IMG/VR virus record: IMGVR_UViG_3300020048_000077
Span: 1-64,000 of that record
Reading direction: 5' to 3' (one strand)
DNA length: 64,000 bases
DNA from: a virus
Taxonomy: Duplodnaviria > Caudoviricetes
The notes beneath the pieces were generated by a model. The model was not told the DNA's origin and made no database searches. It saw only the letters and a program-made list of their open reading frames with translations. This document shows, piece after piece, positions 47,804 through 57,609 of the stretch (position 1 is its first letter; each line of letters starts with the position of its first letter). The position numbers were made by a program, and so were the translations under genes.

Positions 47804-47948
47804 GGAGTATTACGCCACAGAGGATGAGTGCAAAATAGCCTCATCAGATAGGATGAAGCTAGAGATAGGCTACGACCCTGATGCGCCCACTCAATATTAT
47901 TGGGATTGGGGGCTGGATGAAAATGGATGGTATGTTATTATGACCTAA
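47790..47948 (+). CDS. 52-aa protein (MASVKEYYATEDECK...), possible fibre chaperone; not in ORF track
   Basis: Translated by hand; overlaps the fibre gene stop. Confidence 0.6.
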   Translation: MASVKEYYATEDECKIASSDRMKLEIGYDPDAPTQYYWDWGLDENGWYVIMT

Positions 47949-48021
47949 AGGTTTAAATGATCTACGTTACAGAAACGATGAAAATAACCCGTTGGCAGGA
48001 TTGGAGCACTGAACCAGCATT

Positions 48022-48330
48022 ATGAACATGAGAACAGAAATGGAAGCAAATGATGCAGCAGCTTGGGCAGGTATACTTTCAGCCATCGGAGGTATAAGTA
48101 CCGGAATATTCAGCGGCATCAAGATCGGTAGGAGCAAGCAGGTCGAAGAGATCAAAGAACTCATTACACAGTACAAGGATGCCAACGAGTTCACTAAGAA
48201 TGAGGTTCTCAATGTTAAGGCCGTACTACATGAGACAAGACAGATGCACAAAGAATGTGAAGAGGGAAGGATGGTACTGGAAAAACGTGTGGACGAACTT
48301 GATGAACAAGTAAAAAAACTGACTCCATGA
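48022..48330 (+). CDS. Holin/antiholin-like protein (TM plus coiled coil)
   Basis: N-terminal TM helix; position in the lysis cassette. Confidence 0.6.
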   Translation: MNMRTEMEANDAAAWAGILSAIGGISTGIFSGIKIGRSKQVEEIKELITQYKDANEFTKNEVLNVKAVLHETRQMHKECEEGRMVLEKRVDELDEQVKKLTP

Positions 48331-48539
48331 ATCCACATTTGAAGGAAATGTTCAGTGGTGACGGTGCTCTTTCTCTTATGAGAGGAATGGCCGCACTGGT
48401 CGTTATGACGGGATGCTATGCCATCATACATCAATTATGGTTGTTTCAAACAGTGGATTATTTTGGACCTACAGGAGTAATACTGGCTGGACTTGGAGGT
48501 AAGGCCATTCAGAAACAGATAGAGAAGAGTCGAAATTAA
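48327..48539 (+). CDS. Holin-like protein (2 TM)
   Basis: Two TM helices and a basic C-terminus, upstream of the endolysin. Confidence 0.7.
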   Translation: MNPHLKEMFSGDGALSLMRGMAALVVMTGCYAIIHQLWLFQTVDYFGPTGVILAGLGGKAIQKQIEKSRN

Positions 48540-48551
48540 TACATCGAACCA

Positions 48552-49163
48552 ATGAGTTTAAAGTTACTACAGGAGCAGGCAGGAGTGAAGCCGGATGGAA
48601 TATTCGGACCGGGAACATTCGCAGCCGCATCAAAATATCTGGCGCTTCCAGGAGATGAAGCAGCAGTTCACTTCTTTGCACAGACAGGACATGAGACAGG
48701 GAATTTCAGAACATTTGAAGAGAATCTCAACTATTCTAAAGAAGGACTCCTTAAGGTATTTGGAAAGTATTTCACCGAAGAAACAGCCGCAAAGTACGCG
48801 CACTCACCAGAGCGGATCGCTAACCGTGTTTACGCGAACAGAATGGGAAACGGGGATGAAGCGTCAGGGGACGGATGGAAGTTCAGAGGACGAGGAGCGG
48901 TTCAGTTGACAGGAAGATTCAACTATCAGAAGTTCGCAGAGTATATGCACGATCTCATGATCGTAAAAGACCCTGATCGTGTGGCCAATGAACTGAGCTT
49001 TAAAGCAGCAGCGTGGTTCTTTGATGTCAATGGAATATTCAACATGTCCACAGATTACGATGACGAGACCATCAAGAAGATAACCAAGAAGGTCAATGGT
49101 GGATACAACGGTCTCGAGCATAGGATTCAATTGACAAGACTTTATAAGACGTACCTGAGATGA
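48552..49163 (+). CDS. Endolysin, glycoside hydrolase family 19
   Basis: HFFAQTGHET, YANRMGNG and DGWKFRGRGAVQLTG motifs. Confidence 0.93.
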   Translation: MSLKLLQEQAGVKPDGIFGPGTFAAASKYLALPGDEAAVHFFAQTGHETGNFRTFEENLNYSKEGLLKVFGKYFTEETAAKYAHSPERIANRVYANRMGNGDEASGDGWKFRGRGAVQLTGRFNYQKFAEYMHDLMIVKDPDRVANELSFKAAAWFFDVNGIFNMSTDYDDETIKKITKKVNGGYNGLEHRIQLTRLYKTYLR

Positions 49164-49951
49164 TGATAGCCCTTACGATCGCTGGAATCCTTAACAAGAT
49201 GGGCGACATACTTGGATTCTTTAAGAAGTACCCGAAGGAGATGATCATTCTTCTCTTGTCCGGGTACATAGTATTCTGTCAGTTGACACATAACGGACCA
49301 CTAACTGCAGGAGGAAAATGTCCTGAAGCAGGAAATGGAGACACGCTTTCTGACATTACTACGGAAACATTTATATTTGACTCCAGCAAAGTAGTCCTAG
49401 ATGTTTCAAAGCCAGATCCGATATCAACAGTTTCAGGAACCAAAAGAACCTGGAAGCGTCCCGTGTTGGTTGTGGATCCTACTGGCGATTGCCGTGACTC
49501 TATTGCTGGGCTCGTGTCATCCCTTGGTTGGTATGACTTCTCTCTCGGTGAATGTGAAGAAAGACTTCAGGAACTTTCAGCGGTCAGGACTTACAAGGAC
49601 AGCGCCAGTAACGACTCCATGGTCGTTGGATACGGATTCAGTGTCAGAGGAGAACTCATCGGAACACCCGAACTCTGGTACAAGAGGACCGCTCCGTATG
49701 TCACCACTACACGCACCATTACAACGGTTGAAGTTCGTGGGCCGTATAAGAAGATCGGGATCGGTGTTGGCGTTTCTTACATCAATCAAGGAAATAAAGC
49801 AGATCCAGGTGGTCTCGAAACTTCGCTTCAAGCATCGTACATGGACAAGAAGAACAACCAGTTCGTAGTTAAAGGTGGATATCTGTTTCAACAACAGGAG
49901 GGATGGATCGTAGGTATAGGGTACATGAAGAATTTTGATATAAAATTGTAG
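49160..49951 (+). CDS. Spanin-like membrane protein
   Basis: N-terminal TM, coiled segment and C-terminal amphipathic beta-strands; follows the endolysin. Confidence 0.55.
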   Translation: MMIALTIAGILNKMGDILGFFKKYPKEMIILLLSGYIVFCQLTHNGPLTAGGKCPEAGNGDTLSDITTETFIFDSSKVVLDVSKPDPISTVSGTKRTWKRPVLVVDPTGDCRDSIAGLVSSLGWYDFSLGECEERLQELSAVRTYKDSASNDSMVVGYGFSVRGELIGTPELWYKRTAPYVTTTRTITTVEVRGPYKKIGIGVGVSYINQGNKADPGGLETSLQASYMDKKNNQFVVKGGYLFQQQEGWIVGIGYMKNFDIKL

Positions 49952-49978
49952 GTGATACCAGAAATTTGTTTAACTTTG
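49946..49978 (+). promoter_or_regulatory. Bacteroidota sigma70-type promoter
   Basis: TTG (49946-49948), a 22-nt spacer, then TAACTTTG (49971-49978). Confidence 0.55.
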
Positions 49979-50106
49979 AAGCCTCAATGAGCATAAAAAG
50001 ACATATAGAGCAACCGATTATCAATGATCGCGCCATGAACGCGGACAACGGGACTTCTATGTAAAAGCGAGTAAAGGACATAGAAAAACATTTAAGAGCA
50101 TCAAAG

Positions 50107-50136
50107 GCCCTTCTCGCAATCCGAGAGGGGCTTTTT
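50107..50136 (+). terminator. Rho-independent terminator
   Basis: GCCCTTCTCG-CAATC-CGAGAGGGGC followed by TTTTT. Confidence 0.8.
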
Positions 50137-50141
50137 AATTC

Positions 50142-50215
50142 ATAGGAATAGCCAAGTCAGGTATGACGCTACGTTTGGGACGTAGAGATCGTAGGTTCGA
50201 ATCCTGCTTCCTATA
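50142..50215 (+). tRNA. tRNA-Pro(TGG)
   Basis: Acceptor ATAGGAA/TTCCTAT, anticodon arm CTACG-TT-TGG-GA-CGTAG and T loop TTCGAAT. Confidence 0.88.
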
Positions 50216-50305
50216 CAACATTGCGGGATAGAGCAGTTCAAGTCTCCTTTATCCAACTGTAATAACATTTATGTATATTTGTCCGATAACAAAATCAGAC
50301 ATAAA

Positions 50306-50596
50306 ATGGAGCAGTGGGAAATAGACCGTAGAAAGGAGCTGGAAGCTTCTACACCGAATACATCCTACGTTTTTTCTGCAGGGACTTATACAATAGGCAC
50401 TGGAAAAGGTGGAGCTATCGATCTGCAAATAGCCATCGAGAAAGAGGTTCGAAAGATGCAGGCTGAAACAATATCTTCCGCAGAGGCTGAACCTAAGTAC
50501 TGGTTCGAACGACCTGATATTCTATACGAAGAGCTTACTGAAGAAAAACTACGGGAGGTCCTAACAGCTCTCCTAGACTTAAAATCAAACTTATAG
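50306..50596 (+). CDS. Hypothetical protein
   Basis: ATG at 50306, downstream of TATATTTG (50274-50281). Confidence 0.6.
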   Translation: MEQWEIDRRKELEASTPNTSYVFSAGTYTIGTGKGGAIDLQIAIEKEVRKMQAETISSAEAEPKYWFERPDILYEELTEEKLREVLTALLDLKSNL

Positions 50597-50599
50597 ACA

Positions 50600-50899
50600 A
50601 TGAAAGCATCAAACATGTGGGTCGCACTTGAAGACCCAAGGGAAAAAGTAGCAGAAAGAATAAAGCACGTGATACTTTCTGAAGAACAACATCAGAAACT
50701 GGCCGAAGATGAGGCACTTGGAACAAATGTTCTTACTGTGCACAGCGCAGGAGCAGATGTGAAGGACAAACGTATACGTCCGGGAGCAACAGTAGTTGTT
50801 GATCCAAGAGTTCCAACTATAATCGTAAAACCTGATCCTTCAAAACCGGATGAGTTCCTACTTATAGTAGCTGAGAGTCAAATTCTCATGGTGGAATGA
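50600..50899 (+). CDS. groES: GroES/Cpn10-like co-chaperonin
   Basis: Mobile-loop VIL, V-x-S-x-G-x-x-V, G-x-x-V-x-V and LIV-x-ESQI pattern. Confidence 0.6.
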   Translation: MKASNMWVALEDPREKVAERIKHVILSEEQHQKLAEDEALGTNVLTVHSAGADVKDKRIRPGATVVVDPRVPTIIVKPDPSKPDEFLLIVAESQILMVE

Positions 50900-51132
50900 A
50901 CGGAACGGTCACCATAGAACTGAATGATTTCAAGAAACTTGAACAATCTTCAATAGAAGGAAAGAAGGCCATTGAGCTTGTGGAGGAACTTGACACTGAG
51001 ATGTTCGAGTTCCTCCAATATCTGAGCAGAACCAATGACATGAATCTCATAGCGGAGAAATACAACCTGCAGGGAAGACCCCGTACACTGAAAATAGCAA
51101 GAGGAGGATGGAGACTGGCCAGAAAAGACTGA
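50896..51132 (+). CDS. Hypothetical protein
   Basis: ATGA-coupled 78-aa ORF. Confidence 0.65.
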   Translation: MNGTVTIELNDFKKLEQSSIEGKKAIELVEELDTEMFEFLQYLSRTNDMNLIAEKYNLQGRPRTLKIARGGWRLARKD

Positions 51133-51434
51133 AGATACGTGCGAAGTTGAACAGTACTGCAAAGTACATCAAGTTCTTCAACGGCCCCTATAACCTTACG
51201 GACAGGGAGATCGTAATACTTGCAGGTATCATTGATTCAGGAAGCATCATAGGAAGCCCTGAAGATAGGGTGAAGGCCTCAAAGGAACTCAATGTATCAG
51301 GAATGGTACTGAACACCTACATAAAGAGACTGAAGGATAAAAAAGCGCTTGTCATCAACGATGGAAAATACGAACTTGCCAAGATCTTCGAAAGATATTC
51401 AGAAGTGGAGATCCTTATCAATGGGGAACCCTGA
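51108..51434 (+). CDS. Winged-helix DNA-binding protein
   Basis: LTDREIVILA...LNTYIKRLKDKKAL pattern. Confidence 0.6.
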   Translation: METGQKRLKIRAKLNSTAKYIKFFNGPYNLTDREIVILAGIIDSGSIIGSPEDRVKASKELNVSGMVLNTYIKRLKDKKALVINDGKYELAKIFERYSEVEILINGEP

Positions 51435-51539
51435 TGGTAGGGACATTCCTGGAAGAGTATCCACCATCTTTGAAAACAACATGATAAGTGTACTCATAGT
51501 GTATGATGAAAAAGGAAGATTGAAACAAATATTCACACA

Positions 51540-51851
51540 ATGAAGGAGATCTTTGATCTTGTATGGCAATTCGCCAAGGAAGTTACAGCACATGCCAAGA
51601 ACGGATTCAGACCGGTAACACCGGCCGAGTACATGAAAAGGCTTAAAGAATGTCACGCATGTGAGAACTTCATGCGAAATGATGCAAGATGCTCACAATG
51701 TGGATGCAACATGCATGTAAAAGCGAAATGGCAGACGTCATCGTGTCCACTGTTAGAACCTAAATGGAAGTCAAATGTTAAAAAAGAAGGGAAAGGCCGA
51801 ACTGATACAGATACTGGCAACAGAGCACAGCCTACCGTTGGAGGAAATTGA
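51540..51851 (+). CDS. Cys-rich zinc-binding protein (DUF6171-like)
   Basis: RL-x-x-C-x-x-C...C-x-x-CGC...K...CP...KW. Confidence 0.7.
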   Translation: MKEIFDLVWQFAKEVTAHAKNGFRPVTPAEYMKRLKECHACENFMRNDARCSQCGCNMHVKAKWQTSSCPLLEPKWKSNVKKEGKGRTDTDTGNRAQPTVGGN

Positions 51852-52023
51852 GAAGATGGTATCTTCACAGTTCAAACTTGTGAGGGACACCATGAAAGAA
51901 GGAAAGTTTGAAGCTGTGAGGCTTCCATTCTTCGGGGTCTTCAAAGCAAAACCGGGAAGGATAGCAAGCGTGCAGGGAAGAAAACTAAGATATGCTACGA
52001 GAAAGACTGCTGACAAAGGATGA
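51775..52023 (+). CDS. HU/IHF-like DNA-binding protein
   Basis: KAELI...VRLPFFGVF motif. Confidence 0.75.
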   Translation: MLKKKGKAELIQILATEHSLPLEEIEKMVSSQFKLVRDTMKEGKFEAVRLPFFGVFKAKPGRIASVQGRKLRYATRKTADKG

Positions 52024-52513
52024 GGAGAGCAACATGGTTGTTCCTTCTGAGTATGCATTGATGCTTGAACCTTTCAAGGCCGTCATTGCAAAACATGGAA
52101 AGAAGTCTCAATCGATGCTGGCATACATCTACTTCATGCGGGATCCAAGATCCATTTACACAGGTACCAGTGAAAAGGAAAGGCATGTGCTTGTGACAAC
52201 AGCACTGTTTCCAGGAGAGAACTTCAAACCTGACAAAACTGTCAATGATGCTCTTGACTTCTATGTGAGCAATGAGACATCGGTTATGAAACTTCTCAGA
52301 TCGGCAAGAGAGAGCATGGACAAGTTGCAGAAATGGATGCAGGATATTGATGTCACAGATGAGGATTATGATCCGGTAAAACATATAAAAGTACTTGAGA
52401 GTATGGGAAAGACCGTAGACTCGATCAAGAAACTTGAAGAAGCAGCTCAGAAGGAATCTGAAGAGAGTACCACCTATGGTGGAGTTGAGTTGAACCAATG
52501 GAGTCGGGACTGA
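51992..52513 (+). CDS. Conserved protein upstream of terL (possible terminase small subunit)
   Basis: Position and helical character. Confidence 0.55.
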   Translation: MLRERLLTKDEESNMVVPSEYALMLEPFKAVIAKHGKKSQSMLAYIYFMRDPRSIYTGTSEKERHVLVTTALFPGENFKPDKTVNDALDFYVSNETSVMKLLRSARESMDKLQKWMQDIDVTDEDYDPVKHIKVLESMGKTVDSIKKLEEAAQKESEESTTYGGVELNQWSRD

Positions 52514-54552
52514 GATTCACGAATACAAAGAGGGTTTCACCTGCGGCCGAACATTTCGACAAGCATGGGACATATACTTTGCATCCAAAAGGAACTCAGC
52601 CGTACATAGACTTCTGGACACAGGAGACATCAAGATGCCTTAACGGATATACAACACCCGAAGGAGATATCACAGTTACCGGATTCCATTACTTCTATCT
52701 GAACTACTGTAGAATGCAAAGGGTCATCGACAGAACTCTTCCCAACGGTGAAGAAGTGTCGGAACGATTTGAAAGCTTTCCAAGGTTCTACGATGAGGAT
52801 CATTACTACTTCCACAAGTTGGAAGAAGCAAGGAACACAGGTAAGCACATGGTCGTACTCAAGGCCAGACGTAAGGGATTCTCTTACAAGGCAGCAGCAA
52901 TGCTGTGCAGAAACTACTTCCTGAGAAAGAAATCAAAGAACTTCGTATACGCAGGCCTTAAGGAACACCTTGAGGGAGAGGATGCCATCCTTACAAAGAC
53001 ATGGCTCATCATGAACTTCGTGGATGTCCACACCGCATGGACCCAGCCGAGGTTGAAGAATGGCGCCATGGCCAAGATCTCAGGATACAAGGAAAGAGTG
53101 AAGGGAACATTCGTGGACAGAGGAACTCTGAACTCCATATCAGGAATATCCCTCAAGGATGATCCTGATAAGGTAAGGGGAAAGGGAGCTGAACTTGCCT
53201 TCTACGAAGAAGCAGGGGACTTCAAGGAACTTCTTGCAGCATGGAACATGGCCGGTCCTTCCTTCAAACAAGGAAACAGAACCTTAGGACTTATGGTGGC
53301 CTTCGGAACCGGTGGTACGGAAGGTGAAGGATTTGAAGGTCTCAATGAACTCTTTTACAATCCTGAAGCATACGACCTTCTCGAATTCGAAAACACATGG
53401 AGTGAATCCTCCTTCGGAACGAAATGTGGATACTTCTGTCCTATTTACAAGATCCTTGAAGGGTTCATTGATGAGGACGGAAATTCACTTGAAGAAGAGG
53501 CAAAGGAATTCGAACTCGGAGAACGTGAGAAGAAACGGAAGGGAGCTGATCCCAAATCGTATGACTCATATCTTGCGGAGAATCCGTGGACACCTGAGGA
53601 GGCCACCCTTCAAGTATCAGGGAACCTGTTCAACCTTGCAATGATCAAGGCTCAGAAGGATAGGGTCAAGGTTCACAATCTGGAAAGACTTGGAACAGCA
53701 GGAGACCTTGTAAAGATGCCTGACGGATCTGTCAAATTCGAACTTAACGGAGACAATCTTCCCATCAACAGATTCCCGCACAAGGCAAAGGACAACATCA
53801 AAGGAACGGTGGTCATATACGAAGCACCGTTCAGAACTGCAGGAAGAGTTCCTGACTTTCTTTACTTCCTATGCCATGACCCTTATGCTCATGACAAGTC
53901 CAGCTCCAACTCATTGGGAGCATGCTATGTGATAAAGCGTCCGAACAACGTATCTCAACCTGATGATATGATCGTAGCATCCTACGTGGGTAGACCGAAT
54001 ACACAGGATGACTTCAACTCCAACATGTTCCTTCTTGCGGAATACTACAACGCCAAGATCGGATTTGAGAATGACCGAGGGGACGTCATAGGATATGCTA
54101 AGAGGTACCGGAAGCTTCACATGCTTCAAGAGGAGTTCCAGATGCTTGAGAAGAAGGAACTTCAAAGCAAGACCGTCAACAGGAACTTCGGTATGCACAT
54201 GACGGATGCGCGTAAACGTCAAGGTGAGATATACATCAGGGACTGGCTGGAAACTCCAAGAGGAAAAGGAACTGACGGTGAATACGTTCTCAATGTTCAC
54301 AGAATATACGACATGGCCCTCTTGGATGAACTTCTAAAGTTCAATCAAACAGGTAACTTTGACCGCGTCATGGCACTGATGGTCGGCATGTACCACACAA
54401 AGGAACTTTTCAATGCAGAAGTATCTGACAGATACAATGACAGATCATCAGATTCATGGTTCGACAACCAGTATGCGGGAAAGAGTGGATATCCTGATCT
54501 TGAGAACTTCAGAGAACTGGACATGTACGAAGAAGGAATTGCAAAGGTTTAA
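52498..54552 (+). CDS. terL: Terminase large subunit
   Basis: LKARRKGFSY Walker A, YEEAG Walker B, GTGG, HDP nuclease motif and FDRVMA. Confidence 0.95.
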   Translation: MESGLRFTNTKRVSPAAEHFDKHGTYTLHPKGTQPYIDFWTQETSRCLNGYTTPEGDITVTGFHYFYLNYCRMQRVIDRTLPNGEEVSERFESFPRFYDEDHYYFHKLEEARNTGKHMVVLKARRKGFSYKAAAMLCRNYFLRKKSKNFVYAGLKEHLEGEDAILTKTWLIMNFVDVHTAWTQPRLKNGAMAKISGYKERVKGTFVDRGTLNSISGISLKDDPDKVRGKGAELAFYEEAGDFKELLAAWNMAGPSFKQGNRTLGLMVAFGTGGTEGEGFEGLNELFYNPEAYDLLEFENTWSESSFGTKCGYFCPIYKILEGFIDEDGNSLEEEAKEFELGEREKKRKGADPKSYDSYLAENPWTPEEATLQVSGNLFNLAMIKAQKDRVKVHNLERLGTAGDLVKMPDGSVKFELNGDNLPINRFPHKAKDNIKGTVVIYEAPFRTAGRVPDFLYFLCHDPYAHDKSSSNSLGACYVIKRPNNVSQPDDMIVASYVGRPNTQDDFNSNMFLLAEYYNAKIGFENDRGDVIGYAKRYRKLHMLQEEFQMLEKKELQSKTVNRNFGMHMTDARKRQGEIYIRDWLETPRGKGTDGEYVLNVHRIYDMALLDELLKFNQTGNFDRVMALMVGMYHTKELFNAEVSDRYNDRSSDSWFDNQYAGKSGYPDLENFRELDMYEEGIAKV

Positions 54553-54615
54553 TGCTTTATTCTAATGCGAAGTACCAAATACAATATCATACTCTTAGCT
54601 CGGCCGATACACAGG

Positions 54616-54623
54616 TAAATTTG
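54616..54623 (+). promoter_or_regulatory. TAnnTTTG -7 element just upstream of the portal ATG
   Basis: TAAATTTG 4 nt before the ATG. The same octamer occurs at 58084-58091 before the scaffold gene. Confidence 0.5.
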
Positions 54624-54627
54624 TAAG

Positions 54628-56907
54628 ATGTACAGCACGATCCCAAATCAGAGAATACCGTTTTCCAAGAAGACGAAGGAGTGGCAGAAAGAGACTGTTG
54701 ACGCCTACCTCAATCTTACGGATGATGGCAGGATGGGTAGAAAGGAGGAACTCAGGATCCTATACGATTACTACAACGGAGTGATCAGGGACAGCGACTA
54801 CTCATACGTGGTAAAACCTTACGGCAAAGCACGTACGAACTTCCCATCCAAGATGCGGAACTACCCTTTGATAAAGCCTACCATAGACCTTCTACTGGGA
54901 GAGAAAGCTAAAAGACCATTCAACTATTCCGTCACTGTTGTGAACTCAGATTCTGTGGACCGCAGAGAGGAACAGAAGCAGGAAGCCGTATTGAGCAACA
55001 TGAAGCAGCGGTTCGTGAACGATCTAAACAAGATGGGATTCGACACGGGTGTGGATACGGAAGAGGTTCCACTACCTAAAAACCTTGCTGAGATGTTCGA
55101 TAGAACATACATTGACAACCGTGCACTCCTCGGGCAAAAGGCCATGAACTACATCGTTCAACAGGAGGAGGTACATGAGAAACTTCAGAAGGCATGGTTC
55201 CATTTCCTTGTATCAGGAGAATGTTACACACATAGAGGTGTAAGGAACAATGAAGTATTCTTCGATATCCTGAACCCTCTTGATATTGATTACGATCTTG
55301 ACCCGGACCTGGATTATGTAGAAGATGCTGATTGGGTAGTGGTCACAAAATACATGAATCCTTCAACAATAGTTGAACAATATGGTGAACATCTTACACC
55401 TGACCAGATAAGTGAGGTCATGGTGATGGCCGGACAGGGAGGTGACTACTTTTCCAACTACTCTACGACATCAGCAGGTAAGAGCCGGTTCAATAACAGA
55501 CTCATACGTGTAAGGATACTTTACTGGCAATCTCTTCAAGAAGTTGGATTCCTCACCTATCCTGACCCTACTACTGGAAGCATGGAAACCATGCAAGTGG
55601 AATCAGGACACAGAATATCCCATGAGGAAAAGGCCCTTGGGTACAAACTTGAATGGAAATGGCATAATAGACCTTGGCAGGCAGTTGTGATCGGAAATGA
55701 CATGCATATCGATGTACGACCTGTAAAGGACGAACGTGTCTCCATAGAGAACCCTTCAAAGAACAAACTTCCGATCAACGGACGTAGGTACTCTGATATC
55801 AATTCCGCGAACATCTCACTTGTGATGCTCGGGATACCATATCAACTGAACTACAATGTGTTCAAGTACAGGATGGAACTTTCCATTGCACGTTCGAAGG
55901 ACGTAATTGCACAGCTTGATATCAACCTCATTCCTAAAAAGTGGGACATGGACAAGTTCATGTACTATGTTGAAGGTACAGGCATTGCATGGGTGGATTA
56001 CAACAAGGAAGGAGTGAAGCTGAACCCGGGGCACCAATCGATCCTGGACATGTCCATGAAGACCATTGACATGTACGTAAGTCTACTTCAACACATCGAT
56101 CAGGAATGGGAGAAGGTATCTGGAGTGAACCGCCAAAGACGTGGAGAAGTATCTGAGTATCAGGGAAAGGCCATGGGTCAACAGGCAATCATACAGAGCG
56201 CTCATACCACAGAGGATCTTTACAGGAAATTCGCAGGAATGGAACGAAGGGATCTTCAAGCACTCCTGGATTATTCCAAGCATGCTTGGGTGAACGGTAA
56301 GAAGACCATGTTCGTAATGCCTGATGGTACGAAGGAATTCCTTGAGATCGATCCCATATCATGGATGGAAAGTGATCTTGGAATATTCATATCCGATGCC
56401 ACAAAGGAACAGGAGAAGTTCCAACAGGCAAGGGAACTCGGGCAGGCCATGCTTCAAAATGAGGCAAGACCGAGCATGGTACTTGATATGATCGACAGCG
56501 AGAGCTTCCTTGAACTCAAGGATAGGATCAAAAAGGCTGAGAAGGAACTTGAAGCCTCACGTCAGGCCGTAGCTCAGGAGGAAAGACGACTTGAAGAGGC
56601 AAGACTTCAGCAAGAGGCAAAGATCCATAATGAGAACATTGCAGAACTTGAGAAGGATCGTCAGCATGAGGCCACACAGAAGGAACTTGACCGTCAGAAC
56701 AAGATAGATGTTGCGAACATCTCCCAGTACCCGAAACTTGAACTTGAACAGCAGGAGATTCCTGAACCTAAGGAGGACAAGGGCCCAGAACTCGCATTGA
56801 AGAGTAAAGAGGTCAAGGTGAAGCAGGATGCTCAAAAGGAAACTGAGAGACATAACAAGGCAACTGAGGGCATTGCAAGAAGCAAGCCCAAGACACCTGG
56901 AAAATGA
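54628..56907 (+). CDS. Portal protein
   Basis: crAss-type N-terminus (PNQRIPFSKKTKEW), position after terL and a coiled-coil C-terminus. Confidence 0.9.
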   Translation: MYSTIPNQRIPFSKKTKEWQKETVDAYLNLTDDGRMGRKEELRILYDYYNGVIRDSDYSYVVKPYGKARTNFPSKMRNYPLIKPTIDLLLGEKAKRPFNYSVTVVNSDSVDRREEQKQEAVLSNMKQRFVNDLNKMGFDTGVDTEEVPLPKNLAEMFDRTYIDNRALLGQKAMNYIVQQEEVHEKLQKAWFHFLVSGECYTHRGVRNNEVFFDILNPLDIDYDLDPDLDYVEDADWVVVTKYMNPSTIVEQYGEHLTPDQISEVMVMAGQGGDYFSNYSTTSAGKSRFNNRLIRVRILYWQSLQEVGFLTYPDPTTGSMETMQVESGHRISHEEKALGYKLEWKWHNRPWQAVVIGNDMHIDVRPVKDERVSIENPSKNKLPINGRRYSDINSANISLVMLGIPYQLNYNVFKYRMELSIARSKDVIAQLDINLIPKKWDMDKFMYYVEGTGIAWVDYNKEGVKLNPGHQSILDMSMKTIDMYVSLLQHIDQEWEKVSGVNRQRRGEVSEYQGKAMGQQAIIQSAHTTEDLYRKFAGMERRDLQALLDYSKHAWVNGKKTMFVMPDGTKEFLEIDPISWMESDLGIFISDATKEQEKFQQARELGQAMLQNEARPSMVLDMIDSESFLELKDRIKKAEKELEASRQAVAQEERRLEEARLQQEAKIHNENIAELEKDRQHEATQKELDRQNKIDVANISQYPKLELEQQEIPEPKEDKGPELALKSKEVKVKQDAQKETERHNKATEGIARSKPKTPGK

Positions 56908-57608
56908 GCAGCGCAAAGAAGATTGTAGAGAAGTACAGAACTGGAGGGGATCCTACACCCAAAAAGAAACTTGAGTCTTCTACAAAGACGGATTCTTTGG
57001 CATTGTTCAATTATTATGAACTTCAGAAACGGCTCGAAAAAGAAGGTTTAGGATATGAAGAAGCATCCTTCAAAGAAAAACTCCTCACGGGAAAAACTTT
57101 GAAACAAACAGATCAAAGTATAGCAGATCAGAAGGTGTTGACTTCCGCAGCTTTAAAGATATTGAAGGAAAATCCAAATATGAGAACCGGACTACATCCT
57201 TCTACAGGCTATCCGACAGGACCAAAAAGTGAGTACGAAAAGCATGGAAGTTACGACATTCATCATCCAAGTATAAAGCCTAAAGGAACCTGGATGGGAC
57301 TGGCAAATAATAATGACTACTCCAATGTAAAACCTGTCGAAGAACAAATTGTCAAAAGAGATCTTCCTTCAAGGAAGAAACCTGTACAACCAATAAAATT
57401 GCAAGATCTTACCTCTATACAGCCCAAAAGACCCCTTCTAAAGAAAGGTACAGAGAAAGAACAAACTCTTCAACCGGTACCTGTAAAGAATGTTATCACA
57501 TTTCCAAAGGACGCCAGAAGATTTACAGCAGGTGATTACCTTGAGTCTCAGAACAGAGCAAGTGGGTATGTGAATTATGGAGATAACAAGGGAAGAAGAT
57601 CGAACTGA
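56904..57608 (+). CDS. Hypothetical protein (AT-richer insertion, possible virion protein)
   Basis: 234 aa; N-terminal KYRTGG motif. Confidence 0.65.
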   Translation: MSSAKKIVEKYRTGGDPTPKKKLESSTKTDSLALFNYYELQKRLEKEGLGYEEASFKEKLLTGKTLKQTDQSIADQKVLTSAALKILKENPNMRTGLHPSTGYPTGPKSEYEKHGSYDIHHPSIKPKGTWMGLANNNDYSNVKPVEEQIVKRDLPSRKKPVQPIKLQDLTSIQPKRPLLKKGTEKEQTLQPVPVKNVITFPKDARRFTAGDYLESQNRASGYVNYGDNKGRRSN

Positions 57609-57609
57609 C

